A stretch of 63,473 nt of DNA, filler included, from Squatina squatina (lineage: Eukaryota): the NCBI GenBank assembly GCA_031763465.1. It is 3 parts of 3 records of this genome, joined end to end, with 100 filler letters (N's around TTAATTAATTAA, not from the genome) between each part and the next. Parts side by side here need not be neighbours in the genome. Positions count along the whole stretch, not along the records: positions 1 to 19,092 come from JARFOE010000080.1; 2 more parts are not named here. One strand, given 5' to 3'. Below the pieces are notes generated by a model. The model made no database searches, had not been told where the DNA came from, and worked only from the letters and a program-made list of their open reading frames with translations. Position numbers and translations under genes: made by a program. Positions 1 to 12,845 of this stretch are shown piece after piece (the first letter of the stretch is position 1; every line of letters starts with the position of its first letter).

Positions 1-589
1 CCCTTAATACTTCCTCTCACTATGTTTATTTCATCTAACATTTCACATTCCTCTCTCCCTAATTGCAATGTCTGCATTGTCCCTCTCCTCTGAAAGCAGA
101 CACAAAGTATTCATTAAGAGCCATACCCACATCATCCACCTCAACACACACGTTACCCTTGTGGTCCCCAATAGACCTAACTCATTCTTTATTTATCCTC
201 TTACTCTTACTGTATTTATAAAACATCTTTAGGTTTTCCTTGCCAATTATTTTTTCATGCCTTCTCTTGGCTTTCCTAATTTCCTTTTTAATTTCACCCC
301 TGCACTTTCCAGACTCCTCAGGTTTCTACAGTATTAGGTGTCTGTAGTAAGCTTCCCTTTTTTTCCTTTATCCTACCCTGTATGCCCCTCAACATCCAAG
401 GGACTCCAGATTTTTGTTAGTCCCACCCTTTTTCTTTGAGGGAACATATTTGCTCTGAACCATCAATATCACCTCCTTGAATGCCTCCCCACTGCTGACA
501 CTGATTTACCCTCAAGTGGCTGTTTCCAGTCCATTTTTGATCAATCACATCTCAGCTTAGGAAAATTGGCTTTTCCAGAATGGAAAACT
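1..589 (-). mobile_element. CR1 LINE ORF2 fragment (region between endonuclease and RT), decayed
   Basis: Minus strand reads ENLKMFYKYSKSKRINKE*VRSIGDHKGNVCVEVDDVGMALNEYFVSAF, matching the CR1 motif NPKxFYxYxxSKR...LNEYFASVF. Confidence 0.8.
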
Positions 590-1704
590 NNNNNNNNNNN
601 NNNNNNNNNNNNNNNNNNNNNNNNNNNNNNNNNNNNNNNNNNNNNNNNNNNNNNNNNNNNNNNNNNNNNNNNNNNNNNNNNNNNNNNNNACAGCAGCAAT
701 GAATGTAAATGATCATGAGAGTGTTCAATTAGTTTTCATTGTCTGAAGCATATTGGTTCAGACACTGTCTGAATTCTAATTTACACCTCTCAGCCTTGCT
801 GTCCTGTGAACTTAACCCAATAAGAGCTTAATTTATTGCAAGAGCCATAATTTTAATACATAGTACACCTCGGGCCCTCTGTGGTGGAATAGTCAGAAAT
901 CCTGAAACGTGACAACTAAGTTCATGAAATATTCTGAAATAATTAAAATCCACCAGCATTTCATCTCTGAGTTGATATATTGTTTTGCACATGTATTCAA
1001 CTAACAAGTCAAATTAGTATGGAAAAAAAACACTTATTGAGCGTGGAAAGCATACTTTCAGGCCTCAAAGTTTCAGCTTAGATTTTGAATTCACTAATGT
1101 CTTCATTGTAAAGATTTTGCAGGTAGAGAACAATGATATATAGTACTTCATTTTCTTTAGAATTTTTTTCCCCCTATGAATGGATTATTCACCACCTGGG
1201 GTGTCAAGCCATTCGTGTGTATTTTGTACATAACTGCTCCGATTTCAATGTCTGATATCTGGCAAGCTTACTTCCATGCCTAGTGGGTCATTACCTGAAG
1301 TGGTACATTTCTAAAATCCCAAACTAATTAAGATGCACCAATTAGTAATTGCTCTCACAGTTGGATATTAACCACCCGATCTTTTACACATACACACTGC
1401 AAGATACGTGGATTAACTTGCAGATTAATGTTTTACAGCTGTGATCGGCTTTATGTGACAAATCATTTGCAGAAGAAGTAACTGATTGTCTTCATATCAT
1501 TGCAGAAGCTGGATCTCTGAGGCAGTTTAAATTGTAACTTTGAAATGAAGATTTAAAACAAAAGATATTTGATTAGATTGAATGCAAGGGGAAATAAAAT
1601 ATACTCTTGATATTGTGATCTAATGCAGTGTGCCTGAATAAACAAATTCACCAGTACCTCAGGTTTCCGTCANNNNNNNNNNCTTTCAGCAGGGTAAACT
1701 GAAA

Positions 1705-1860
1705 AGATTAGAAACCTGAAATAAAAGCAAGAAATACTGGAAATACACAGTGAATACCTGTAAAAAAGCGTCTGTTAAGACTGGACCCTTCATCAGCTGG
1801 GCTCCTTCATCAAATGTTTCAGGCGAGAGTTTTTGTCCGTGGTCTCCGGATCCAGCTGAG
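1705..1860 (-). mobile_element. Degenerate Penelope-like terminal (pLTR) remnant
   Basis: aaagcaagaaatactggaaatacacag...gacccttcatcag resembles the reverse complement of the end of shark Penelope elements (CTGATGAAGGGTC...TATTTCCAG). Confidence 0.4.
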
Positions 1861-2057
1861 TAAATTAGGCCAATCCTGCAAATAATGGGAATCAGATCAT
1901 AACCCATTGGAAATAATCGCACAATATAAGTGGCATAATAATCTTTTCTCCAGTGAANNNNNNNNNNNNNNNNNNNNNNNNNNNNNNNNNNNNNNNNNNN
2001 NNNNNNNNNNNNNNNNNNNNNNNNNNNNNNNNNNNNNNNNNNNNNNNNNNNNNNNNN

Positions 2058-2920
2058 GTAGCAAAAACTTACTCCCTTTTATATTCTGGTCCTCCAAATA
2101 TAAAGGCTAACGTTCTGTTAGAATTATTTTTTTTTGTATCTGACCACTACATTTTAGTGATCTGTGTACATGGACACCTAAATCTCTTTGGGCCACCTCT
2201 GTTCTTAGCTTTTCTCCACTTAAAAACTACTCAGATCAATCCTTTATTGGTCCAAAATGGATGACCTCACACGTACCTGCTTTGAAATCTATCTGCCAGG
2301 TTTGTCCACTCATATAATCTATCAATGCCCCTTTTTAATTGTATGTTCCCATCTACACTACTTCCTATGCCAGCTATCGTTGTGTCATTGGCAAACTTGG
2401 ACATATGGCTCTCCATTGTGTTATCTAAGTCATTAATAAACATAGTTAATAAATGAGATCCCGGCACAGATCCTTGTGCATCACCACTAGTCACTTCCTC
2501 ACTATTCGAGTACATACCCCTTAGCCCTATTCTCTGACTTCTACCAACTAACCAATCTGCTAACCAGGTCAATAATGTTCCATGGGTTTCAATATTAGCC
2601 AAAAGTCTTTTATGTAGATCCTTATCAAATCACTCGAAGAGCATATAATCTACATTCATAGGCATTCCTCAGTCTACTACTTTGGTCACTTCCTCAAAAA
2701 ATTCGATGAGGTTCATTAGACACGATTTACCCATTACAAATCCATGTCGCTCTCTCTAATCAGCTCAAACTTCTCTTAACTGCTCAGTCACTTTATCCTT
2801 AATTATAGATTCCAATAGCTTCCTCACAACAGATGTTAGAGTAACAGGTCTATAATTTCCTGATTTCTCTCATCTTTCTTAAACAATGGAGTTACATTTG
2901 CAATTTTCCAATTTCAAGGG
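2058..2920 (-). mobile_element. CR1 LINE reverse transcriptase fragment
   Basis: ORF 2267-2602 has WLADWLVGRSQRI, VTSGDAQGSVPG, FINDLD, SKFANDTT (degenerate [11 protein letters not shown] and FADDT). Confidence 0.9.
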
Positions 2921-3297
2921 NNNNNNNNNNNNNNNNNNNNNNNNNNNNNNNNNNNNNNNNNNNNNNNNNNNNNNNNNNNNNNNNNNNNNNNNNNNNNNNN
3001 NNNNNNNNNNNNNNNNNNNNCATTAGTATTACAAAAATATTAAAGCAGAAACAATTATTGTGGGATTAGGTGCTGGCAGCTTAATAGATGAAAATCATAT
3101 TTCAATTGTGATGTAACAAATGTGTAGCTGAATACCTTTTCAGATACAAGCACACTTTGTACAATAAATCACACGCGAATATTTGAATTCAAAGACCATA
3201 ATAGTACATCTTTTCGCTATGGATTTTCATTGTATTCTACAGTGCATGTAGCCATTTCAAACAGAATAGTTGGTTTCTAAAGGGAAATCTGAACTTA

Positions 3298-3337
3298 GCC
3301 AAAGGCTATTTTGTATCTTGGGGCCTTGTGGTAATCA
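3298..3337 (+). repeat. 40-bp direct repeat, copy 1
   Basis: gccaaaggctattttgtatcttggggccttgtggtaatca; 39/40 identical to 4462-4501. Confidence 0.9.
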
Positions 3338-4461
3338 GATACTTTGAAATCAGACACTTAGGAATAGTAATCAGTTGAAGTGGAACACTGTCAGTTGCTA
3401 AGTTCTCCCCTATGTTATTTTCCCACTTAAAAACAATGTGTTGTCTCTTCTAAAACATTGGTGTGCAGTTGTTTTATTAAACACTTCCACCATGTCCCAT
3501 ATAACTGTAAGTTCTGTATCTTCAAAAGTAGGATTTATAGCAGGCTACTGACTGCATGTCAATCCTGTGAATAACTTCCCACAGGGATGAGTAACACACA
3601 AAATCATTTCACATCAGATCCTTTTAATCCCCTGAAAGACAATCAAGAAGCCATTTTGGAATATCGGGTAAGAATCTCGGATCCAAAACACAGCTGAACC
3701 ACCTGTGTCCTCTGAGATTACCTTCAAGTCATGCCAGTGTGTGGTGATTTTGTATAATGCCTTCATTTTATTAGTGTCAGTGTAGTTCAATTATCTAGAC
3801 TTATAAATCTTCAATTACATTTTACTGACAGGAGACTGACCTTTTACAAATCTAAGTGAGAGGATAAGTGCTTTTACAGTAAATCATTCCAAGCTAGTGA
3901 ATACTGGTACCATGGTAACATCCCACTGCAGTTGTTACTGGGAGTTAGAAAATATATACTTCAATGTTTACAGGGATGGACAGGTAGCCAAGTAAAGTCT
4001 GTATTTTCCATTCAAAGGAAGGTTTTTGATGTCAATATTAATTATACATATTACAGCTTGATTAAAAAAAGTGAATGATTGTGTTTAACATGTACTGCTC
4101 AAATAAGTAAACCAAAATAGCTTGGGTAACATAGATCCTAATCTGCAAGTGTCTGAAGGTGACATGCAGGAGTAAACAAGGGACACGAGACTGGATTCAC
4201 AGACCAGCACTAGCATAGTTATAATATGCTAATCATGGCAATCAGGTCCCTCACTGAATGTACTTTCGACGCAGCCGAATTAGGGCCCCCAAGTCTTTTG
4301 GACTGGCTTCACCTCAGGCACTCACTGTTCCCAGATCAAAGGCCATGAGTGGTTCACTAGCCTGCTGAAATTTCATTCTTAAAGCGAGGTTTCTGTTGGA
4401 AAATTTGATAGCAAACTTTTTTTGTTACTATGACGCACTGAAGTTTTATTGCATTGTATTC

Positions 4462-4501
4462 GCCAAAGGCTATTTTGTATCTTGGGGTCTTGTGGTAATC
4501 A
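4462..4501 (+). repeat. 40-bp direct repeat, copy 2
   Basis: gccaaaggctattttgtatcttggggtcttgtggtaatca; 39/40 identical to 3298-3337. Confidence 0.9.
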
Positions 4502-6141
4502 AGTACTCCTGCTGCTGTGGATTGCATCAGTGTTGCATAATGTTTTTTAGAAGACACTCCATTGTTGTTTANNNNNNNNNNNNNNNNNNNNNNNNNNNNN
4601 NNNNNNNNNNNNNNNNNNNNNNNNNNNNNNNNNNNNNNNNNNNNNNNNNNNNNNNNNNNNNNNNNNNNNNNTCTGGCAGCATCTAGTGCTTATGATATGT
4701 GTGATAGAGGAGGAGCAGAGGCAGGTCCCTTACAGGCCATAGAGAATTTACTTGCCAATTAAAATGGGAAATTTGAATCACTTGCACGGGGAAAGATGAA
4801 GTGGTGAAAATGGAAAACTATACTTGGATCATAACTTTCCATCTTTTCAGAGTGAACTCCAAGGTAGGAAATGCAATTAATATCGCAGGAAAATTATTTT
4901 GTGCCAAGATGATATTTTAACACATATTTTAGAGTTCTTCACTTCAAGTTGATTTTATTTGGCCTCAGTTGGAGTTCCTTCTCCCTGCAAAGTGCTGCTA
5001 ATTTGTGTAATTCACCTCATAAATTAATAAATGCATTTTGAATAATTCGGACACTGACTGTCTAAAAGGAATAAACTGCCAGCTGAAATGACTATCAGCT
5101 CATTGGAGCAAGGTAATAAATAATTTACACAAACTGCTATGTGACGAGTTATACCTTGGGCTTTTACCCTTTGCCAGCTTCAGCAGGCAATATTTACAAC
5201 TTTTATAATGTGCTGAAATTTATTGGGATAATTTTCTAACATTGTGCTCCCGTGGGGGAGACTTACCAACCAGGAGCCTATATCATAAAGTCACGCACAC
5301 GCCACTCCAATTTTCCAAATATTTAACTGGAAAACTATGTGCAACGTCAGCTCAAATTTCCATCATGCGCTTCCCCCAGATGAGGCTTTGTATCACCGTA
5401 TGAATTCTGATCGAGTGATTTACTTCTTTTCAGCCTCACTTTGTGACACTGCCGACTTTTATTTCCATTTTCCTGACTTTTGTTCATTTGGAAAAAAANN
5501 NNNNNNNNNNNNNNNNNNNNNNNNNNNNNNNNNNNNNNNNNNNNNNNNNNNNNNNNNNNNNNNNNNNNNNNNNNNNNNNNNNNNNNNNNNNNNNNNNNTT
5601 CGCTGTTTAATGCAAATCAGGCCAGTTTCCAGGGAGCCTCGTGCCGACCTGTTCCCTTTGCAACGCCCATTTGGTCTGGTTTCCGGAACAATCTGGTTTC
5701 TCAGCTCACATATTTCTTAAAATTTGAAAACAAATCCGATCGACTACTTACATTTTGGTTTTTGCTTATTAAAATGAGAAACAAGTAACAATGCAGTCAG
5801 AAAATGCAATTTAAATTACAACTCAAAAATCCTTCATTGGGCAGTTGAAACAGGTACAAACAGGCTCGTTGATGTGATTATTTTGAAACAATCTGCTGTA
5901 ATCCTGTTTGACAATTTATCATGAGGCACTGCCTGCATCGCTGATTTTAAGTGAAGCCTGAAAAGACTGACTGCGAAGCTGCACAGTCAGTGCAACATTG
6001 TGCATGTAATAGTGATTGATAGCAGCTGCACTATCTCACCAATCGCCATGAAATTCATTGAAGTGTTAGATTAATAGGAACAAAAACTCAAATTTGAATT
6101 TCAGATAAATCAGACCTCCAGATCAACTAAAATTGAACTTC

Positions 6142-6685
6142 AGGTCCCCAATTCGGCAGCACCGAAAGCGGTTGCTGCATTCGGGGCCCTGTAGCCCAAT
6201 CTGCACTACATCACCAGCTCTTTGTCCTTGTTCTGGGCCATTGTAACCTGGCAACGGCGAATTAGCGTTGCCACGGCACTGACCTGGCGGTGACCAGGTC
6301 AAATCCACATCATTGCCGGGTTACGTCAGCAGTGTGGCGCGAGCCACGCTGCCGGTGCAACCGCGCATACACAAGCCGTGGCCCACCCCCTGCCTTAAAG
6401 GCAAGGGCCGCTAGCTTGTGGATCGGGCAGGGATCCAGGGCCCAATGGGCCACCAGGGACCACGGAAAGCTTTGAAGAATGTGTCAGCAATAACGTTGGC
6501 TGATGTTAAAAGATGGCGGCCGCCGGCGCAACACCCACGCCTTTAAAGGCCCCTGGCAGTGACACGGGAAACCTGTCATTGCCGACGCCAGTGGCGTTAC
6601 AGGGCAGGCGGAGGCGGCGTCCCTGCGGCACACAAGGGGGGGGCGTGTTAGGTTGTGCATCCGACCCCTGTGCTGCCAGTGGCGG
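6142..6685. mobile_element. GC-rich MITE-like non-autonomous DNA element, truncated by a gap
   Basis: Abrupt GC/CpG-rich block starting ggtccccaattcgg. It has internal CCTTAAAGG/CCTTTAAAGG motifs like those in the element at 30926-31688. Confidence 0.5.
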
Positions 6686-8996
6686 NNNNNNNNNNNNNNN
6701 NNNNNNNNNNNNNNNNNNNNNNNNNNNNNNNNNNNNNNNNNNNNNNNNNNNNNNNNNNNNNNNNNNNNNNNNNNNNNNNNNNNNNAAGTGATTGTAGTTC
6801 ATAATTATACAAGGTTTTGGAAACTGTAACTCCATGCAATTAATGGTGGGGAAATCTGCAACTAAAAACAAACAAGAATGCAAAGCAATTTTTGAAATAT
6901 TCAGTTGAACTCACAGAACGGAACACTAGACACAACAGAAAAATATCAAAGACACGTCATATTAAAAATGATACAGTAACACAGACACATTCTCCTGACC
7001 TCCTATAAACACAATCTCAACCCCGGCTAAAGATGGTGTAGAGCTCTATGCCTGGGACAAATCCAATTTCAAACATACCAAATGCCCAATGTGGAACATT
7101 GTACAGATAACACATGAAAAAGGACTGATAAACCATTTTTGTTTCAAAAACATATGACAATCAATTGAACCAACCATATAATGCAACTGTCAGGACACAG
7201 AAATATCCACAGTATCAACACCTACTGCAGATTCAACCTACATCAAAAACAACAGATATCACATTTATTCAGCACCACAAGCATCACTAATCTTTCCACT
7301 ACACAAATAAAACTGCACAGAATGATCAAAGCCAAATTGAAAATCCCAGCACAGCCCACATGACTGTGCTCGAAAGATCACATGCTACAGGAAACATTGC
7401 GAAGGTATGCCAATCTCACCCACACTATTGAAACATACTAGATCGTCTTTTAAGAAGTTAAAAATGCAGTTTGTATCAAAGAATTGCAAAGAAAATATTA
7501 TGGCCTTAAGAGAAAGATAATTCAAAAATGGTTGAGACGTTTCAAACTAAACTTTTGGAAATAGGCATCAATTACTCCCATTAACCTCGGAAATGGGAAC
7601 TCATTAACGCAGTTCATGAACTGAGCCCCTTATGTGAAACTGCCAAGAAACCTACAAGAATACAGAAGATAGGTTCCTGCAGTTCACAATGGGGCTTTTA
7701 CAGAACCATTACTGTTTCAATTTTACCATAGAGATATTGGTACTTACAGCTCAGAAAAAAGCCATTCTGCCCGTCATTTCTGTGCTGGCTCCTTGCTAGA
7801 GCAATTCAAAACTAATTACACTCTTCTCTCCCCATATCAGTATATCATCCTCTGTTACAAATGTTTATCTACTCCTCTGTCGAGAAACACAATGGAGTGG
7901 AAATACATTTAGGCCCTTTTCTGGGCCCAAAATAGGTGATGTGCTACAAGGTTTCCAGAAGCCTGAGACCCGAGGCTCACTCAAAATTGGATCTGGGGCC
8001 TCATTTTAAGAATAGATACAAACTGCTGGTGCCTGTTGCACCTCCAAAGGCAGCTCAGCCAATGTCAGTGATCAAATTTGGTCCACTACCTCGTTCATCC
8101 TCAGGTTTTGGGAGGAGTGGGGCAGATGAAGCGGCATGGAGGGACCAAATGTGGGCTGACACCGGCCCGCAGTACTGCTGGGGAACCGGGAATGCTCACT
8201 TACCCCAGGTCCATGGTAGGTGAGATAACATGAAACATTCCTTACCATTTCTTCAGCGGTCTTCAGAGGTCCCTTTAATAGCCCCTGGTTAGAGTGCTAT
8301 AGAACTGGAAAAACTAGTCAGAGCTTGCATGGTGCATGCTTCATTTCATTTTTCACTAGTTCAGATGATGCTTGTTGAACTCTCATCAATTGCCTTATTT
8401 AGGACTCAGGAAATAATTTTCTTGAGGTGCAGTAAGCATTAAGGTTGATGAAGAAATAGGAATGAGAATGTAACTGGCCCCTGCTTAGCAGCAACAGTTC
8501 TACCCTCCTAAATATCAAAGCAAAAAAGACTGAGGATTTTTTTATTATAATACCAGTAATATTGATATAAATAAATCATTGAAAACCAAACACTTTGGCC
8601 TAATTTTTGTGCGTAGATTATAGAAAAGTTTAAACAAGAACACTATCAGATGTCATGCGCTCCTGCTGCCTGTGAGCTTATATGTCTGAATATAGCATCC
8701 ACTTCTTCATGGCCAGGTCTTCAGTTAAGAAGGACCTCTTACGTCTGTGTACTAAATGGTCATCATTTATTTTGTTGTACAAAATAATGTTACAAAATAT
8801 TTCTTGCAGAAAATTGTATTGACAGTGGCAGTTCTAAAATTCCAAACCTTTCCAGTTTCCCACAATAATCTTTTGCATTTTCAATCTGATGCCACTNNNN
8901 NNNNNNNNNNNNNNNNNNNNNNNNNNNNNNNNNNNNNNNNNNNNNNNNNNNNNNNNNNNNNNNNNNNNNNNNNNNNNNNNNNNNNNNNNNNNNNNN

Positions 8997-9088
8997 GATC
9001 AGCCATGATCCAATTGAATGGCAGAGCGGGCTCGACGGGCCGAATGGCCTACTCCTGTTCCTACTTCTTCTGGTCTTATGGTCTTACG
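8997..9088 (+). mobile_element. CR1 LINE 3' end
   Basis: gatcagccatgat...gggccgaatggcctactcctgttcct followed by a short (tggtctt) tail. Confidence 0.85.
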
Positions 9089-10079
9089 GCCTGAAGCGGC
9101 ATTTTTGTCACAAGGCTGTACATTAAAGTCATTCAAATCAGCAGGCAGCACCAAATCAACTTGCTGCCTGCGCTGTTTAAATGGGCATGAGCAAATTCTG
9201 CCCCGTAGTTGGGTCTTACTGAGTTTCACCCCGTCTAGTTGTGCGAGTCAAAAATGCAATTGGTATTAGTGCTAAGGTGGGCATAAAATGTTGCCTATCG
9301 TCTCTTTGGTGAAAATGGCAAGTAGTTAGACTACTTTCATGATTGTTGTGATTTATTGTTGGGTTTTGTTTGTTCCTTTGATTGATTTCCACTGAACATT
9401 CAACTATCAGGATTAAACATTTGTCAGCCTGAAACTATTTCAGAATTACTGTCAGTGTCACTTCAATTGACTGCAAGTGGCTATTTTGCGACTCAGTCCA
9501 AACCAGATTTGGGGATTGCCATTTGGACCTGTAAGGCGCAGAGCCTCCACCCACCCCTTACAAATCCAGTCATGTCAGAAGGGCTGAGGTGGGGAGTCCC
9601 ATGATGCACCTGGAATTGCATAGGTGCCCGTTAGCCGCATGCAAATAAGATGGCATCCCACTGCCCTCCCAAGCGGGGTCTGTGCTGCAGGACACCAGCA
9701 GGCATAATCCCAGTGTAACCATCCGGATCACAGATCTGCTCCACTAGTAACAAATCTGTGTAGCACAGATGACATGTGTTTGATGTTGGATGATGCACTG
9801 TCAAGATCCATTTTTTTCCTTGGCTCCCTGCTTCTGTATAATCTTACACTCAGCTAAGTGATCATCTCTTTCTTGTCCTCTAAAAGCTTTGTAAGTCATG
9901 TTTTCTCTAATCTCCCTTTTAATTATCCAAGTAGGAGCTTTGCTACTTTTGCTTTGCTATACTTACAGATGTAGTGGTTCTGTGTCTCGCACATATCTCC
10001 ATTTGTGCTCAACAGTTTTGTTCTTGCCTACTGCCAATGTGCCTCCTGAAGTTGTAGACTGTATTACAATTCAAATGCC

Positions 10080-10520
10080 CAGATAAAACTAGCAATATGA
10101 ACTCCACTCTTTAAAATTTGGAATAAGATTTGATTTAATAAAAAAGTGGGACTACCTTCTACCGGACTTGCTGCTGATGTATGTCTCACTGCTAGTTTCA
10201 GAGCATGACGTCATTCTTTCTCTCTCTCTCTGATGCGGTTTCCCCTGATACTGATAGCATTTCTCCTTCTCGCTGACCTTGAATTCACATTGTTCCCTTT
10301 CGTCCTGCATTCCTCATTCCTCTCATTCTCACTCTTTTTCCCATCTTCAATGCTCTTCTTCCAGTCTACATCAAATTTAAACTGAAACTCACACTCCTGC
10401 TGAAATTTCTTTTGTTCACTTTTATCTTTGGCCTCAGTTTGGTACTATTTCTCCTTGAATGCCAATTATACTAACTCAATTTCTGCTTATTTTGATCTTA
10501 TATTTTTAGATGTTGCAGAT
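10080..10520 (-). mobile_element. Decayed Gypsy (Gmr1-like) LTR-retrotransposon gag remnant
   Basis: Minus strand gives a stop-interrupted E/R/K-rich coiled coil (AEIELV*LAFKEK...RLEEEH*RWEKE*E*EE) then LIPNFKE..IASFIWAFE, resembling the LvPxFxE..F..FE gag motif. Confidence 0.45.
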
Positions 10521-12149
10521 TTTATTTTCTCATTTTTAAATTATAAGCTTTTTGAATCATCTTCATCAGCATACACTGGGTCAATATTCAACAATCTATT
10601 CCAACAAATTTGCGTGTGCCATAGGTACCTTCTCTGGTCCACTGGCGTTGGTCACTTCCATAATGGTGTTAAGCATCCAACATTTTATGGGAGTTGACTC
10701 ATACTTACTGATATTTCTTTTTATGATAGCATAATCTAGGGGTATAACAATAATACCCACTTGTGATATTCATGGCTCTTGCACTTCCAAGAGCATGTGT
10801 ACTTCAATCTCTCCAAAGGCAGACTGAGTTAACACTAGGTGAGCTGAAGCTTGAATTACGTCATTANNNNNNNNNNNNNNNNNNNNNNNNNNNNNNNNNN
10901 NNNNNNNNNNNNNNNNNNNNNNNNNNNNNNNNNNNNNNNNNNNNNNNNNNNNNNNNNNNNNNNNNNAGAGAGTAGAAAAAGCAGGAAGAGAGATTAAAAG
11001 GTTAATTTTACAGATGCATGCTACTGGAGGGGAACCTCCCCCACCAGCCACATATTTTGGGAAATTACGGATATGCTGCCCATGATTTTTTATCCATTAA
11101 AATAGTGGAGACAGGAATATCTAACACTTTAATACTTGATTACTTGTGCCCCATGGTATAAATTCATAGATGTGTGGCATGTGGTAGCATGCTTTTATCA
11201 TTATGTAAGCTATCTTCCAACTCACCATGAGTAATGCCATGGAGACTGCTAGTATCATTAGCTATTTTTGAGTCTATTAATTGAGATAAATCTGATGCTC
11301 TTAAATCTTAAAAAGAGTGTTTTAACCATAATTCCCTTCTTTTTTAAAGGTCTAAAATAACTCTTAAATATCTGAGAGTTATAGTCTCTTCCATCCAATT
11401 TGCACAATTAAAATCAATTATAGTCTTCGTTCTCGACAAAATTGAAAGTGACCTCTGGAGATGAAACCTTCTTTCATTATTCCTATCAGCAAAGTAGATG
11501 TTATCAAAATGTCAGTCAAACCAAGATTAAATTGCCTATTTTCAGCAATCCTCTTAAGAGTCCCAAAATCATTCTTCTTCAGGNNNNNNNNNNAATATGA
11601 TCACCCGATTGGCAAGAAATTAGAGAGAGGATGAGCTTAATTCTAATATCTTGCCTTTAAATGGATTGTTATTACTCTGGCTTCTTCATCTGTCAGTGTA
11701 TCCCAGGCAATCATAGCGAAATATAAAATAACTTCAATACAGACCTTACACACAAGAACACGAGTCATGATAATATAGAAAAACATTCCGATTATTTTCA
11801 ATTAACCAAGCAATGGATTGATATCTTACCAACTTCAGCTGTGCTATGATTCTGCTTCAATTGGAAAGCATCCAACTGACCTTAAAAGACCAGAAAGTTA
11901 AAGGGATCAAACATGTTCCTGGCCTCTTTACTAATAGCACCCTAAAAATTATTCTTTATCTTAAGCTTTCTTATGACATGGAAGATAATCAGCTTTATTG
12001 ACATGTACGACAAAGAACTATACCTAACTAATCCTTGGGCNNNNNNNNNNNNNNNNNNNNNNNNNNNNNNNNNNNNNNNNNNNNNNNNNNNNNNNNNNNN
12101 NNNNNNNNNNNNNNNNNNNNNNNNNNNNNNNNNNNNNNNNTTTCATCTG

Positions 12150-12845
12150 AATTTAGTAATTTTAGGGATGTATTTATCCTGCATGCTTGCTTTCAAAGGT
12201 GTTCCACGTATTCTCTACTGAAGTGTTGACTAACCTACCCAATTCCATCGTCTCTGAATTTAACCCACATAGTTATATTCTGACTCCTGATCTTGGATAT
12301 ATCTCACTCCCAGATCATGTTGTACTCACTATCCCTTGGGTGCTACAACTTCCAGTTCCTTATGTTGTCTGGGTCATTGGCAAATACCAGGTCAAGATGA
12401 GCACTGCCTCTTGTGGCTTCCTTGATGTACTGGGTCATGAAACAGTCATGTATTACATTTACCAACTCTGACTCTAAACCACTTCAGCTTTTCCATTAAA
12501 ATAATGCAACATTCCTGCTTGTGCATATCCTTTTCTCTCCAAGTAAATTACTCTCTCTTTATGCTGACCTGCAGCATGCCCCCACTGTAATCTTGGATGT
12601 TTTTCTTTTACTCAACAGAGGAGTTCACTTTCTAGCTAGCTGCCTCCCACAGGATCAACTTCTTACCTTTCAGGTGTCCCTGACCTATAAGGCTACACCA
12701 CCTCCATTTCTTGAACACTGTACTCAGGACATTTACATCCTCTGGATTTAATCATGTTTTAATTCCCACTACATAATAGCTCGCTATTGCGACAACAGCC
12801 TCCAGTTCTACCAGCTTATTACTAGTGCTTCTAGCATTGTCTTTA
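12150..12845 (-). mobile_element. Old CR1-type LINE endonuclease remnant
   Basis: Minus strand: NARSTSNKLVELEAVVAIASYYVVGIKT*L ... ATRGSAHLDLVFANDPD ... DSEYNMI, which are APE endonuclease motifs. Confidence 0.75.

Noticed and set aside
1770-1830. Hammerhead ribozyme in the Penelope remnant
   Set aside because: CTGATGA is present on the minus strand, but there is no correctly placed downstream GAAA or stem II.
6900-7740. A/C-rich block with faint endonuclease-like peptides (HRMIKAKL)
   Set aside because: Too decayed to classify; probably an old LINE, but not supportable.
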